64,000 bases of DNA from Eledone cirrhosa (lineage: Eukaryota), in NCBI GenBank assembly GCA_964016885.1, contig OZ024760.1, forward strand, positions 13,144,001-13,208,000. The letters run 5' to 3'. A model generated the notes under the pieces. That model was not told the DNA's origin, searched no databases, and saw only the letters and a list, made by a program, of their open reading frames with translations. A program made the position numbers and the translations under genes. Positions 42,570 through 56,493 of this stretch are shown one piece after another (position 1 is the stretch's first letter; each line of letters begins with the position of its first letter).

Positions 42570-42790
42570 AAGGTTTCTAGTTTAGACACAAGGCCAACAA
42601 TTTTGGAAAAGAGGTGAAGAGAAAGTCGATTAAATCGACCCCAGTACATTACTGGTACTTTATTTTATTGACCCTGGATATGTAAGGATGAAAGGCAAAG
42701 CTAACCTTGGATTTGAACTCAGAAATTCAAAACCCGGACCAAATACTTCTAAATATTTGGTCCGGCGCTCTACCGATTCTGCTAATCCGG
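42570..42790 (-). mobile_element. tRNA-derived SINE, abundant family
   Basis: Shared core sequence. Confidence 0.8.
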
Positions 42791-42833
42791 CTTCTGTAGT
42801 AATCTGAGAGGGGCGGAGTCGATTATATATATA

Positions 42834-42999
42834 TAGGGTGTCACAAAAAATGTATACACATGTTTATTAGAATGCTGTTGAAGTGTGCATACATTTTTGG
42901 GGACACCCTGTATATATATATATCAGGGCGTCCCAAAAATTGTATACACATATTTATTAGAATGCTGTTGAAGTATGTATACATTTTTGGAACACCATG
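42834..42999. mobile_element. Two tandem about 76-bp Tc1/mariner-type MITEs
   Basis: TIR-like cagggtgtcccaaaaatgtatacac ends, same spacer tttattagaatgctgttgaa, TA flanks (42834-42910, 42924-42999). Confidence 0.75.
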
Positions 43000-43297
43000 T
43001 ATATATATATGTGTGTGTGTGTGTGTCTGACTGTGTTCGTTGGTTTCTTTTTCTCTCTTTTTCTTTTCCTTTCTTTCCTTTTTCCTGTCGTCTTTAGGAC
43101 AAGTGCACACTACCAGATACACACTACCAGATGCACACTGCCAGATGCACACTACTAGATGCATACATGCCATGTGCACATGCAAATAACACATGGCATA
43201 AACGCGTGCACTTGCTGCTACATCAAGCACCGCCCCGTAATTCGGTTAGCAGCTACTATTAAATTTGGTGAATAGAGCGCACTAATACGTATATAAT

Positions 43298-43341
<44 letters not shown>

Positions 43342-43596
43342 ATATATATACACACATACACACACATGCATACACATCTATATATACACACGTGCACACA
43401 TGCACATATACACACACATGCACACACATACACATATATATACACACATACACACACGTGCACATATACACATGTAACTGTCATAAATACATTTTAACTT
43501 AGCTTCTTCATCATCACCTTCTCGTTGTTGTTGTTGTTGTTGTTGTTGTTGTTCTTCCACTAATGCCTGTCGAGACACTTCAATAACAGTTTTAAG

Positions 43597-43630
<34 letters not shown>

Positions 43631-43735
43631 TGCGTGTGTTTCTTATTGGCAACATGACCCTCCCAAAGTATAACAATATCGGTTTCAACACACGATTTCA
43701 GATAAAGAATCTTGCTAAACAAATTCAGAAACGAA

Positions 43736-43770
<35 letters not shown>

Positions 43771-44074
43771 GAATGACCTGTAGTATCTATTTAATACTAT
43801 TAACCTCAATTGAATATATATCTGACCAGGAATGCCTTTTGTAAAAATCAGTCATGTGGAACTATTGTCATCTTGCCTGACGGTTTGAACTTTACAACAC
43901 CACCTGCCTCTTTGAGGTCAAATACCAACCCTACTACCATCTACAAACTGACCAATGAGAATCAAGACTATTCCTGCTGACAACATTAAATTATTCCTAA
44001 CAAGCTCATATGTCCCAAGGCTCTGATACCATCAACACTATAAACACAGAGCTAGCATATCTAAGAACTGACTA

Positions 44075-44130
44075 ACTGCCTGATGAGGTCATAGCCATTC
44101 AATGGCTATCATCGAAATATATATAGCAGT
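44075..44130 (+). ncRNA. Type-I hammerhead ribozyme, family E
   Basis: ACTGC-CTGATGA-ggtc-ATAGCCA-ttcaa-TGGCTAT-catc-GAAA-TATATA-TA-GCAGT; compensatory stem II change versus 16436 and 25562. Confidence 0.88.
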
Positions 44131-44182
44131 AAATAAAGGATTATGAGTTCATGCAATTGACCTATGCACGGACCCTTCGCCC

Positions 44183-44250
<68 letters not shown>

Positions 44251-44254
<4 letters not shown>

Positions 44255-44538
44255 GGGCGAAGGGTCCGTGCATGCAACGCATGCAGTGCATGCGTTATAG
44301 AATCTTGAGTTGATCAATTGCGTCGGTTAAAGCAAGCAGAATTTTGGCTGCTTACTAAATTGTAGACACATAAAAAGATAACACACACACACACACACAC
44401 ACTAGATAACACTACATGCGGCTTTGACCGGGAGGGTGATTTAGAGGGAATTGGGGGGGGGGTAAGGCTGCACAGCCCCACTTTCCGCCATGGCGATTGG
44501 ATTGCATGCCCTGCTTTCCAGGTTACCCTTCGCCACTG

Positions 44539-44539
<1 letters not shown>
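44251..44539. mobile_element. TA-flanked MITE
   Basis: Termini tcaggggcgaaggg / cccttcgccactga. Confidence 0.6.
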
Positions 44540-44578
<39 letters not shown>

Positions 44579-44651
44579 AACGTTCAAGCTGGGGCATCGT
44601 CTTGCTTTAGTCATAATATCAACACCGCTGTTTATTTTTTATTATTTTTTC

Positions 44652-44837
44652 GGCGGATTGGCAGTATCGGTAGAGGGTCGGACGCCATGCTTTCCAGCAT
44701 AGTTACGTCCCTTTATGATCTGAGTTCAAATCCCACCGAGGTTAACTTTGCCTTTCATCCTTACGGGGTCGATAAAATAAAGTACCAGTAATGCACTGGG
44801 ACAATTGCTGGCCTTGTGCCTAAAGTAGAAACAATTA
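44652..44837 (+). mobile_element. tRNA-derived SINE, abundant family
   Basis: A/B boxes and shared core. Confidence 0.9.
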
Positions 44838-45906
44838 TTTTTTTTTATTTGATACTTAATTTTATCTTTATTGTCGAACCGCTAAGTTTCGAGGCAGAAA
44901 CAGAAACAGAAACTTAAATATAGACCCCCTCCCTATATACTCAAATACACAGTTTCACGTCTTTACTTCGTCAACTACCTTCTTGCGTGCAATTTCGTGC
45001 ATTCAGAAGGTTTCATATATATATACAAATATATATGATGCATTGTTCATGCGTGTTCATTTCTCTTGTTGGATGTTGACACACACACACACACACACTG
45101 CTTCAATTCGTATATTAACTTTCAAATTTCAGCCGAATAAATCGGTAAAATACTCTTAGTAGCTGGAAAAGTTGGAGAGAGATGATTGTTAGAATCCAAC
45201 CATACACCAGAGTGTCTTGGCCCATATTTCACCGCCTAATTAGAAACCTTATCATATGTTTAGACATGTAAATGTAATCTTGAATTTGTAAAGAAACTGG
45301 GCGAGTTTGAAAAACTGAAAAATATTTACATTTCATGGTGAAAAAGCTGCAAAAATATATATTATGTCATTAAGTATGGAATGTCTGATTTTTTAATTAA
45401 AAATAGTATAAATAAATCGGACATTTGATACTTATTAATCTAATATATTCCTTATAAAATAGCCGGGTTTGGGTAAGAAACCCCTAGAGACGGAAAATAG
45501 TAGGGGGAGAGAGATCCCAGCAGGGATCAAACCATCTTTTAGAAAGGTCTTCTCATCATTTGCTAGTACATACTACTGTATCGTTTGTTACTTAAACCTG
45601 GTTTATCATTGTCAACACCACCACCACCACCACTGCCACCACAGCAGTCCAACCACGGACACCACTGCTGCTGCTACTACTACTACTACTACTACTACTA
45701 CTATTCTTGCTGCTGCTGCTACTACTACTACTACTATTCTAGCTGCTCTGCTATTACTACTACTACTACTATTCTAGCTGCTGCTACTACTACTGCTACT
45801 ACTGCTGCTGCTACTACTGCTGCTAGCGTACCAACATGTGTCTTTACAACAACAAACACAACCACGACTATAACAGCAACAGTTACCAACGTAGTTAAAT
45901 AGACAG

Positions 45907-45992
<86 letters not shown>

Positions 45993-46060
45993 GTGTAGGT
46001 ATGTAAGTTGACAGGTAAGTAGGTAGATGGATAGCTTGACAAATGGATAGATAGATAGAC

Positions 46061-46146
<86 letters not shown>

Positions 46147-46148
<2 letters not shown>

Positions 46149-46560
46149 CGCATGGTCGGGTCGTCAGCGACTAAACCGGCAACCCCACCAAGTTTACTTG
46201 GTGAGGAGGAGGATTTTGGACACCCTGCAGGACAAAAGACAATTCCTGACAAAGGGCGGAAGAACATAAGAGTCAACGGCCATCCAAAAGTGTGTAAATA
46301 TGTATATACACATGTACCGCGCGGTTAAACCACTGGGAGTGAAGGACCCCTAGCCTTTGTCAGGGCATTCTTCTAGGAGAGGGTAACTCAGGAAACTGGG
46401 TTAACTCCGATATAAAACCTGTGGCTCAGTAGTTACCGATGATGTTGATCTTTTCTTCTTTTCGGGTCATAGCTACTGTCGCCCAGAGAGTGGGATTGGC
46501 TCAGTGCACAGTCTTTCCTCACTTTAAAAAATATCTTCACGCACAGGCATTGCACGATAG
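46147..46560 (+). mobile_element. Interspersed repeat, possibly RTE 5'-UTR related
   Basis: Diverged inverted homolog at about 50150-50620 (catggtcgggtcgt..gcgactaaac.ggcaaccccaccaag). Confidence 0.65.
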
Positions 46561-46629
46561 AATTAATTAATAATTATTAATAATGGTATATCGTGCAATG
46601 GCCATACTCGATAACGAGGGGGCAGCCAT

Positions 46630-46717
<88 letters not shown>

Positions 46718-47101
46718 GAGAGAGGGAGAGAGAAAGAGAGAGAGAGAGAGATTGGTAGATGGAGAGACTGACAGACTGACAGAGAGATGGATCGATAAAT
46801 AGAAAGATAGATAGATAGAGAAGTAGAAAAAGACTGTCATAGGTAAGTAAACAGTAGAAAGGAGGACAGATAAACAGAGACAGAGCGAGAGATGAAGGGG
46901 GGGGGAGGAAGGGGACGCACGTGTGTTGGCAGGTGTCCGTGAGACAAACATTCGAGACCTTCCCTCCTTAAATGTCATTTGTATAATAGATATTAGCTGT
47001 GTATATTACATAAACATATATTTATATATATATACACACATACATACGTTCATAGACACACACATACATAAACATATATATATTTATATCTACACACTCA
47101 C

Positions 47102-47132
<31 letters not shown>

Positions 47133-47721
47133 CATGTTTGTGTATATATATATATACGTATATATATATATATATACATATGCGTATATAAATATATATA
47201 TATATACACACACACACACATATATAAACATATATATATATATACATGCAGATATATATATATATATATATATAAGGTACTGAACTACTTGATCGATTTT
47301 CCCGCTCCCCTCTCACCGCCCATCTTTGTCTTTCACGCCCCCCTCTCTCTCTCACCCATGAAGAATGGTGGAGGCCCCATTCACAATATCTCATTCTCCA
47401 GCAAGGAGCCTGCGACCTCTTCTCATAGAAAAACCTGACATGGTTTAGAAACCGCCCAAGGGTGACATGAAATGGAAACAGTCTTTGAAGAATATAATTT
47501 ATTGACTGACTTAACAAACCAAAATAACGTGCACACACACACACACACATGTACACACACACATATGTACACACACACTCACATGTACACACACACACAC
47601 ACATGTACACACACACACACACGTACACATCAGATTAGAGCAATCACGAGCGCTCTATCTCAAAATTATTTTTGAAAAGCATTAGAAATGCGCAACCGGT
47701 AAAAACTTAAAACTAAAACTG

Positions 47722-47850
47722 AATACTAACTAATACTTAATACTAACTAATACTTAATACTAACTAATACTTAATACTAACTAATACTTATTACTAACTA
47801 ATACTTAATATTAACTAATACTTATTACTAACTAATAGTTAATACTAATG
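47722..47850. repeat. 17-bp minisatellite (taatacttaatactaac)
   Basis: Tandem periodicity. Confidence 0.85.
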
Positions 47851-47919
47851 TATACTTATGCCCAATTAAACTATTTTTCACTGGGAAAAATTTGTCAGCA
47901 TTTTCTTTTCCTTTTTACT

Positions 47920-48260
47920 AATATATATATACACACACATATAATATATATATACACACACATATAATGTATATATACACACACATATAATATATATATA
48001 CACACACATATAATGTATATATACACACACATATAATATATATATACACACACATATAATGTATATATACACACACATATAATATATATATACACACACA
48101 TATAATATATATATACACACACATATAATATATATATACACACACATATAATGTATATATACACACACATATAATGTATATATACACACACATATAATAT
48201 ATATATACACACACATATAATGTATATATATATACACACACATATAATGTATATATATAT
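47920..48260. repeat. 23-bp higher-order TA/CA repeat
   Basis: (cacacacatataatatatatata)n. Confidence 0.9.
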
Positions 48261-48689
48261 ATTCATATATTCATAACATGTAGCGGAAGCAAGGACGTAA
48301 TTTCTTTTGAAGTGTATCGATAGATTGATAGTTGAATGTGATCAGATAAATGAATACAAAAGCATCTTAGTTTAGTTATATATCGATCGATCGATCAATT
48401 GCCTTATCGATTTTCCGTCTGGAAACTTATAATAGGGCAGCAAAGTAGCATAGCGACCTTTCTACACAGATTAACATGCACAACACTCTATATCGAATAT
48501 ATATCGATACATATCGATACACACGTGACTGCATTGATAGATAACTAGATAGGATATTGAGATAGGAATTAGGAATCTGTTGTTGTTGTTGTTGTTGTTT
48601 CATGTCCCTTAATTCCTGGGAGAATCCTAGGGACACCATCACGGCGTTTCTTAGAATTTCTTTTGTTGCTTTTTGTTTTAAACAAATAA

Positions 48690-49040
48690 ATGTTTCTGAT
48701 TTAGGGACAAGGTCAACGACTTTTGTGGGGAGTGGGGAGCAAGTCGATTAAACCGACACCAGTACGTTACAGGTACTTTGGTACTATATTTTATCGACCC
48801 CCATAAAGATGAAAGGCAAAGTTAACCTGGACGGGATTTGTATTATAATAATAGTTTCTTATACAGGCACAAGGCCAGCAATTTTAGGGGGGTTGGGGGG
48901 GAAGTTCGTTAAATCGACCTCAGTGTATTACTGGTACTCTATTTTCTCGACCCAGTAAGAATGAAAGGCAAAGCTAACCTCGGCGGGATTTGAACTCAGA
49001 GCGCAGTGAAATGGAACAGATACCGAAGCATTATCAATCG
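48690..49040 (-). mobile_element. Two adjacent SINE copies, abundant family
   Basis: Core repeated at 48690-48840 and 48853-49040. Confidence 0.8.
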
Positions 49041-49059
49041 GACGCCATTACGGCTCCGC

Positions 49060-49715
49060 GCCAATCCACCACACCGCTACCACCACCACCACACCACCAA
49101 TCCATCACACCACCACACCACCAATCCATCACACCACCACACCACAAATCCACCACCACCACCATGAATCCATCACACCACCACCACCACCACCACACCA
49201 ATCCATCACACCACCACACCACCAATCCATCACCACCACCACACCACCAATCCATCACACCACCTCCACCACCACCACACCACCAATCCATCACACCACC
49301 ACACCACCAATCCATCACACCACCACCACACCACCAATCCATCACACCACCACCACCACACCACCAATCCATCACACCACCACCACCACACTACCAATCC
49401 ATCACACCACCACCACGCCACCAATCCATCACACCACCAATCCATCACACCACCACCACCACCACGCCACCAATCCACCACGCCACCACCACACCACCAC
49501 CACACCACCAATCTACCACACCACCAATCCATCACACCACCACCACACCACCACCACCAATCCATCACACCACCACACCACCACCACACTACCAATCCAT
49601 CACACCACCACCACCACCACGCCACCAATCCATCACACCACCAATCCATCACACCACCAATCCACCACCACACCACCAATCCACCACCACACCACGAATC
49701 CACCACACCACCAAT
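49060..49715. repeat. CCA-rich compound repeat (caccaatccatcacaccac)
   Basis: Variable tandem units. Confidence 0.9.
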
Positions 49716-50149
49716 CCACCGCCCCAAGATAATAAAAACAACAACAAAGAGAGTAGATTGAAGGACGTTGAGTAAGACTTGGGTTAATATTTATTAAGAA
49801 GACGGGATATCAGTCAGCTGTTGCTGAAGTCAGCTTTTTATTCATTCTAACACATAAGACATCGTAGTAGTAGTAGTAGTAGTAGTGGTAGTGGTAGTAG
49901 TGGTGGTGGTGGTATGTGTGTGTGTGTGTGTGTGTGTGAACGAGTTTAAAAAAGAAATTGAACTAAACTTGTTAATATGGTGGAGATTTCCAGCGTTTCC
50001 TGAGTCTTTGTTTTAGCCGCTAGTCACCATCTTGTTATATATATATACATACATACATGGTGGCTGCCAACTCGTTTTCGAGTACGGCCACTACTTTATA
50101 TCCATGTAGGAGAACCCCTACCGATGCGCTGAACGAATGTGACTTTTTA

Positions 50150-50620
50150 GTCCAGCCAGCGACTTGAAAACTCTGGTACAAAGACTACACTTGTGACCAT
50201 TATTGACACATAGTGCAGGGCCCATGGTACCATGTGATGACAAGTGCAGAGAGATCTCCAGATATAAAGCAATGCCTGTGCTGTGAAGCTTTTATAGTGA
50301 GCAAAGGCACTGCACAAAGCCAGTCCCACTCTCTTAACCAAGATGATATTTACCAAAAAGAAGAACAAGTCAACATCATTGGATACCATCAGGGTTGCAG
50401 GTGTTATATCAGAGTTTTCCTTCTCCTAGAATTCTGCCTTGACAAAGGCTAAGGGGTCATCTCTCCCGGTGATTTTGGATGGCTATTGAGTCTTAAGAGC
50501 TCCCTTGCCCTTTGACAGGTTTTGTTTTTAGTCCTGCAGGATGTCCAAAGTCACCCTCCTCACCAAGAAACCTTGGTGGGGTTGCCAGTTTAGTCGCCAA
50601 CGACCCGACCATGAGACAGG
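50150..50620 (-). mobile_element. Second copy of the 46147 interspersed repeat
   Basis: Colinear similarity on the opposite strand. Confidence 0.65.
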
Positions 50621-51458
50621 TTGTACTGGGATACATGTTACCAGTAGCACCAACTGGTGACCTGACATAACATACATACATACATACATACATACATACA
50701 TACATACATACATACATACATACATAATGTATGTATGTAAATATGAACCCATAACTCTTGGTAGACTCGCACTGGTTCTGTCATGTCATACGACGTTTCT
50801 CGGTCATTTCGTTTAAATATGCCAAAGCCCACCCTCTTTCAGATCTGAATACAGCCAATTTTATTCCAGAGCAAGGAAAGGGGGTGATAAAGAAGAAGTG
50901 AGAAAGAGATATAGAGGAAGAATCGACCCCCTAGTACTAGACTGGTACCTTCGAAAGATGAGAGGTAAAGTTGACGTCGGTGGGGTTTGAATTCAAAACG
51001 CAGAGAAGTGAGAGGACATTCTATCTGTAGTTATGAGTCTATCAATTCGACGTCTTACTGCCATAGAAATAATTATAGAATAAAGTGGCAGAAGCTATGT
51101 TTGTGATGAGAGAGAAGTTAAAGTTTAGCTGCCAAAACAGGACCAAATCATGTTTGTTAATGCAATTGTGATGTTCACAAAGTTCCCTAGTATTATGGCA
51201 TTTAGGAATATTCTAAACATTGGAATATTTAGGAATATTTAGAAACATTTATGATGTTTTAAGGATTTAAAGGCACGCGTGATATTTATAGAGATTTGAA
51301 TCAACAATGATATTTATGAAGATTTTAAAGCGTCATATTTCAAATTCGTTTTTGTTAAAATTTTCTAATAAATTTTACCATCATCGGTGTTAAAATATGA
51401 TAATAATCACAGCTACAGTTCTCAGTCCCTCTCTTTCTCTTTCACCCTCTCACGTTCA

Positions 51459-51552
<94 letters not shown>

Positions 51553-52010
51553 GTTCATTCTCTCTCGTTCCTTTTCTTTCTCGGTATCCCCCTCTCTCTC
51601 GTTCCCCTTTCTTTCTCGGTATCCCTCTCTCTCTCGTTATCTCCCTCTTTCTCTTTCGTTCTCTCCCTCTTTCTCTCTCTATCCTCTCTCTCTACTAATT
51701 CTCGTTCTCTTTCTCTAATTCTCTTTCATTCGTTCTCACTCTCTTTCATCTCCCCCCCCCCCCCCCACACACTCTCTCTCTCTCTCTCTCCCTCGCCCTC
51801 TCCATCTCTCATCCTCCATTTCTCAATGGCCAACTATCCAACTTACAGATAAAAGGGTTTTCGTTCGTAAATAGCACTTCTAATCTGAGAAATGCCAAAC
51901 CACAGCTGTAATTCTATAATACTCTAATTCTGTAATTCCGTAAAACTGTAATTCTAGAGTCAATTGCTCGTCTTACAAAGTGAAGGGAGTGCACATCATT
52001 ACATTGTACG

Positions 52011-52052
<42 letters not shown>

Positions 52053-52111
52053 CATCTATTTATATACATATACGCATACATACACCCATATATATCTCTT
52101 CTATCTAAGTA

Positions 52112-52177
<66 letters not shown>

Positions 52178-52669
52178 TACATACAGTAAATGCTTTCAAA
52201 ATGTCGGTTGATTGTGGTTTTTAACTAACTATATTTAGCGTCTTTAATTCTTCGCTAACGAACTGCAGAAACATCCAAGACAACTGATTGTTTCTATATT
52301 TTACTAACATAAAATTAGACTAAATTAATAGCAAAATTAAAACGAAAATTGAAACTAAAATTGGAGCCAAAATTAAAACCAAAATTGATTAAAAAAATCA
52401 CCAACAACAACACCAAGACCAACACCAACAACATCATCACCACCAACAACAACACTACCAATACCAACAACACCAACACCACCAACAAAAACACCAACAA
52501 AAACAACAACAAAACAGATATTTTTATCTCTGTTATCTCAGTAAATAACTGTTTCATAAAATCCAGGAAAATTTGTAAAAAACTCAATCAAACCAAAAAA
52601 TTTGAAATACTTTAATGAACTACAATGTTACATAATTACAGTTTATGATAGTTTTATGATAATTACATA

Positions 52670-53100
52670 ATTTCTGATTTAGGCACAAGGCCAGCAATGT
52701 TTAGGGGGGGGGGGGGCGATTAAATCGACTCCAGTGTATTACTGGTACTTTATTCTATCGACCCCCTCCTCCACTGTACGGATGAAAGGCAAAGCTAACC
52801 TTGGCGCCATTTGAACTCAGAACGTAAAGGGCCGTAACTCTATACTGCAAAGCATGGTGTCTGACGCTCTACTGATTCTGCCAATCCACTGTCGTTATTG
52901 AAATAATTGTTTCTACTTTAGGCACAAGGCCAGTAATTTGAAGAGGAGGAGAAGTCGATTAAATCGACTCCAGTGTATGACTGGTACTTTATTCTGTTGA
53001 ACCCAGACAGGTGAAAGGAAAGTTGATCTCGATAGGATTTGATCTCAGAAGGTAAAGAGCCGGAAACAAATACTGCCAAACATTTGTTCGACGCTCCACC
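52670..53100 (-). mobile_element. Two adjacent SINE copies, abundant family
   Basis: Core at 52670-52890 and 52905-53100. Confidence 0.82.
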
Positions 53101-53139
53101 CGTCCTTTTAACCAAAGTAATAATAGGTCCCGAGGCTCC

Positions 53140-53305
53140 ACTCGCCTTGTCACATTCTGTGTCACGCTGAATCTCCCTGACAACTACAGTAAAAGTACAA
53201 GATGTTTGTGGAATGCTCAGCCACTTTTCACTTTGTTAATTTGACGAGCAGGATATTCCATTGATCGAATCAACTGGAACACTCGTCGTCGTAACTGACG
53301 GAGTA
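53140..53305 (+). mobile_element. SINE body fragment, third family
   Basis: gtcacgctgaatctccctga...gctcagccactt...caactggaacactcgtcgtcgtaac. Confidence 0.55.
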
Positions 53306-53501
53306 TCTCACTGACCTTGCTCAATGCTGTCAATGATGTATGTTAACCATTCACTGATGGTTTTAACGCATCCTAACTTCATTTACCATAATTCTGATAT
53401 GTGAGGAGATTCATGCGAATAAAACCAGATTTTTCTTTTCTTTTTTTACTAGTTTGCTTCATTTGGGAATTTATATTTACTAACTTTATTTCTCTCTCTC
53501 T

Positions 53502-53574
<73 letters not shown>

Positions 53575-54099
53575 TGTATATATATATACATATATATACA
53601 TATATATATTTACTAACTTTGTAAATGGCCGTGTGATAATATTCTGTTGATTCGCCGTCTATATGACTATATATGTGTATATATATATATATATATGTGT
53701 ATAAATATATATATGTGCATATATATATATCATTTATCATAATTCGATCTATCCTTCAATAAAGATTCTTTTTATTGACAGACAGATCGAATTTGGATAA
53801 ATAACGATCGTGAAAAATAAGTACGTTGATAGATACCTAACTAGATAAACTGACAGACAGTGGGACAGCCAGATAGACAGACAGATATATATAGAGATAG
53901 GTTGATAGATGGACAGATAGACAAATAGATTGATCGGCTCATTGATGATTGATAAGTTTATTAATTTAAACAAGTCTGTATTACCACCCCTGCAGCATGT
54001 CTGCTAAAGTTGTCGTCTGCGTCGGTCACGTTTGTGATTTACTGTTTTAGATGAATAAATTATTCATGAATTTAACATTACCTGCCATTTGGCTGTGAG

Positions 54100-54310
54100 G
54101 AACTTCCTGGAACTGTAAGGAACACTTTGCAACGGTGAAGAACTTTCTGGTACTGTGTGTAGCTCTCTGGAACTGGAAGGAACTCTCTACAACTTCATGT
54201 AGCTCTCCAGAACTGTAAGGAAGTCTCTACAACTACATATAGCTCTCTGAAACTTTAAGGAACTCTCTACAACTGCATGTAGCTCCCTGATACTGTAAGG
54301 AGTTCTCTGC
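54100..54310. repeat. Degenerate 40-bp tandem repeat
   Basis: aactgtaaggaactctctacaactgcatgtagctctctg-like units, about 5. Confidence 0.75.
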
Positions 54311-54366
54311 AATATCAACACAATTGTTGTGATGTATTTTGGCTAATTGATATTGATCTTCATGTC

Positions 54367-54436
<70 letters not shown>

Positions 54437-54437
<1 letters not shown>

Positions 54438-54562
54438 GCTAGTTCCTTCATCTGTTGAAACGGCAAGAGCTCAGCCGTCTGGGTCCCGACTCTTTATAAT
54501 ATAACCACACTCTACTACCCCAAGTATCGAGTACTCTGTTGAGTAATGGTCTATATAGTTTC
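54437..54562 (+). mobile_element. Diverged family C copy
   Basis: gaaacggc..gagctcagccgtc and motif ACTC-tac...gta-TC-GAGT 54509-54532. Confidence 0.7.
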
Positions 54563-54579
54563 AAACTGAATCCATCCTG

Positions 54580-54620
<41 letters not shown>

Positions 54621-54628
<8 letters not shown>

Positions 54629-55229
54629 TAAAATAACAGATTAAAGTTTAAGCAAAGAATCGCTGCTTTCACCCAATATAAGTTACACTGGGAGATCCTA
54701 GCTAGGGCTAGACCGTATAACGGAAATAAAAGACCATGTGACCTCTGCGCCGCTGAGGCCCTGGAAATACTCTACGCCACAGACCACATCTTAAAAAATC
54801 TGAGGCAATTTCGGCTTGTAAACATAAATTGCACAAAACTTTCCTGTATTACTGCCCCACGTTATACCCTAACGGATAGTACGATCTATACGTGGATATT
54901 TTACGTCTTGATGTGGGAGCTAAGTATATGTTTTGTTTATACTTTACTTATTTGCATAGTTCTTTGCCAGCGAACGTTTCCACGAACCAAAGTATCGTCT
55001 TCCTGTCTTCCTCCGGTTGCAACGTTTTTTGAAATATCCACTTCTGCGTTTACAGATTGACTTTGTTAGTTTCAGAAGATCTCGTTAAGGGTGAAAGCAG
55101 CGATTCTTTGCCTAAACTTTAATCTGTTATTTTAATAAATATTTGCTCTACGGTTCTTATATATTTGATATATATTTATCCTTATCGAGCCCTCTTTGGA
55201 TTTTAGTCTTCAAATTTATTATTATTACT
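54621..55229 (+). mobile_element. 5'-truncated PLE with inverted 5' arm and GIY-YIG C-terminal remnant
   Basis: Arms 54621-54674/55089-55143; loop encodes WEILARARPYNGNKRPCDLCAAEALEILY...(frameshift)KSEAISACKHK; tail motif 55145-55190. Confidence 0.88.
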
Positions 55230-55234
55230 ATATA

Positions 55235-55277
<43 letters not shown>

Positions 55278-56131
55278 TTTTTTCCGTTGTGTTGTAATAT
55301 AAATATTACACACAGTAGATTATCAGCTCACGTAGAGTTTGCTCGACGGTTCCAGTTGTAGTTCCAAAAGTAATCCGGAGAAAAATAGAAAGATTTGAAT
55401 GGATACAGTTTAGTTGAAAGGAATTTATTGACACGTGTTTCTATAACAGTTACATAACCTAAAACAGCTATCTACAAACTTTTAGTTATGCAGACATTCA
55501 ATATTTCAATGTTATTGTTTACTGTCATTTCATCAGAATAATATTACTGAGGACCTATTTAGTTTTTATAGAGAATATTAGGAGGAAGGGGTGAAGTTGT
55601 TAGAAGAATAGTTGAAGGAGTGGTTTTTCGATAGCAGTGAGAATTCTTGGTGGCAGTGATTAATTAGATTCCCATCTGTTGTTTTGACATTTTTTATAGA
55701 ATATATTATTGGTTATTTTTCTAAATCTATAGAAGGATTAGAGATAGTAAAGATATGCGTGGTTGGTTTTGTGTTTGCACTTAACATTCAGACTTAAATT
55801 TTTCTTTCAAGTGTACGTATTCTTTCACCCACGCATTCACACACAAATATATTTGCACACCTCTACAAAATACATATACTCACAATTCACATATTCATAC
55901 TTACATATATATACACATGCATACACATATATATACACACATGTATTCATGTACATACATACGCGCTCATGTGTGTACATTTTCATACTCAACTTATCTT
56001 TATATATACACACGTATAGACACACACATATATACATACATACTCTAGTCCATGTGTACACACATACACATACATACACATCCATATACACATACATACA
56101 TACACATATATATATACATATATACATATAC

Positions 56132-56162
<31 letters not shown>

Positions 56163-56169
56163 CACATAC

Positions 56170-56218
<49 letters not shown>

Positions 56219-56493
56219 AGCACTTTAATACATGAATACACTTACATCTAACTATACACATCAAACATATATATATATTTACTTATTTATATACATTTTC
56301 ACATATATATACATACTTATGGACGTTTTTAGACACATTCATTATCGCATATTTGTACCTATTCTCATCAGCATATCTTTTCATTATTAGTATGGTAATT
56401 TAAGGTTATTAATATATGTTGAAAAGAGATTGTTTTTATATTTTTCTAACTAGATTAAGGTTTATATAGTTGGGGGATGTCCCTCTTTTATGT

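Noticed and set aside
48990-49775. Extensin-like Pro/His-rich ORF
   Set aside because: Starts inside a SINE and drifts between repeat frames
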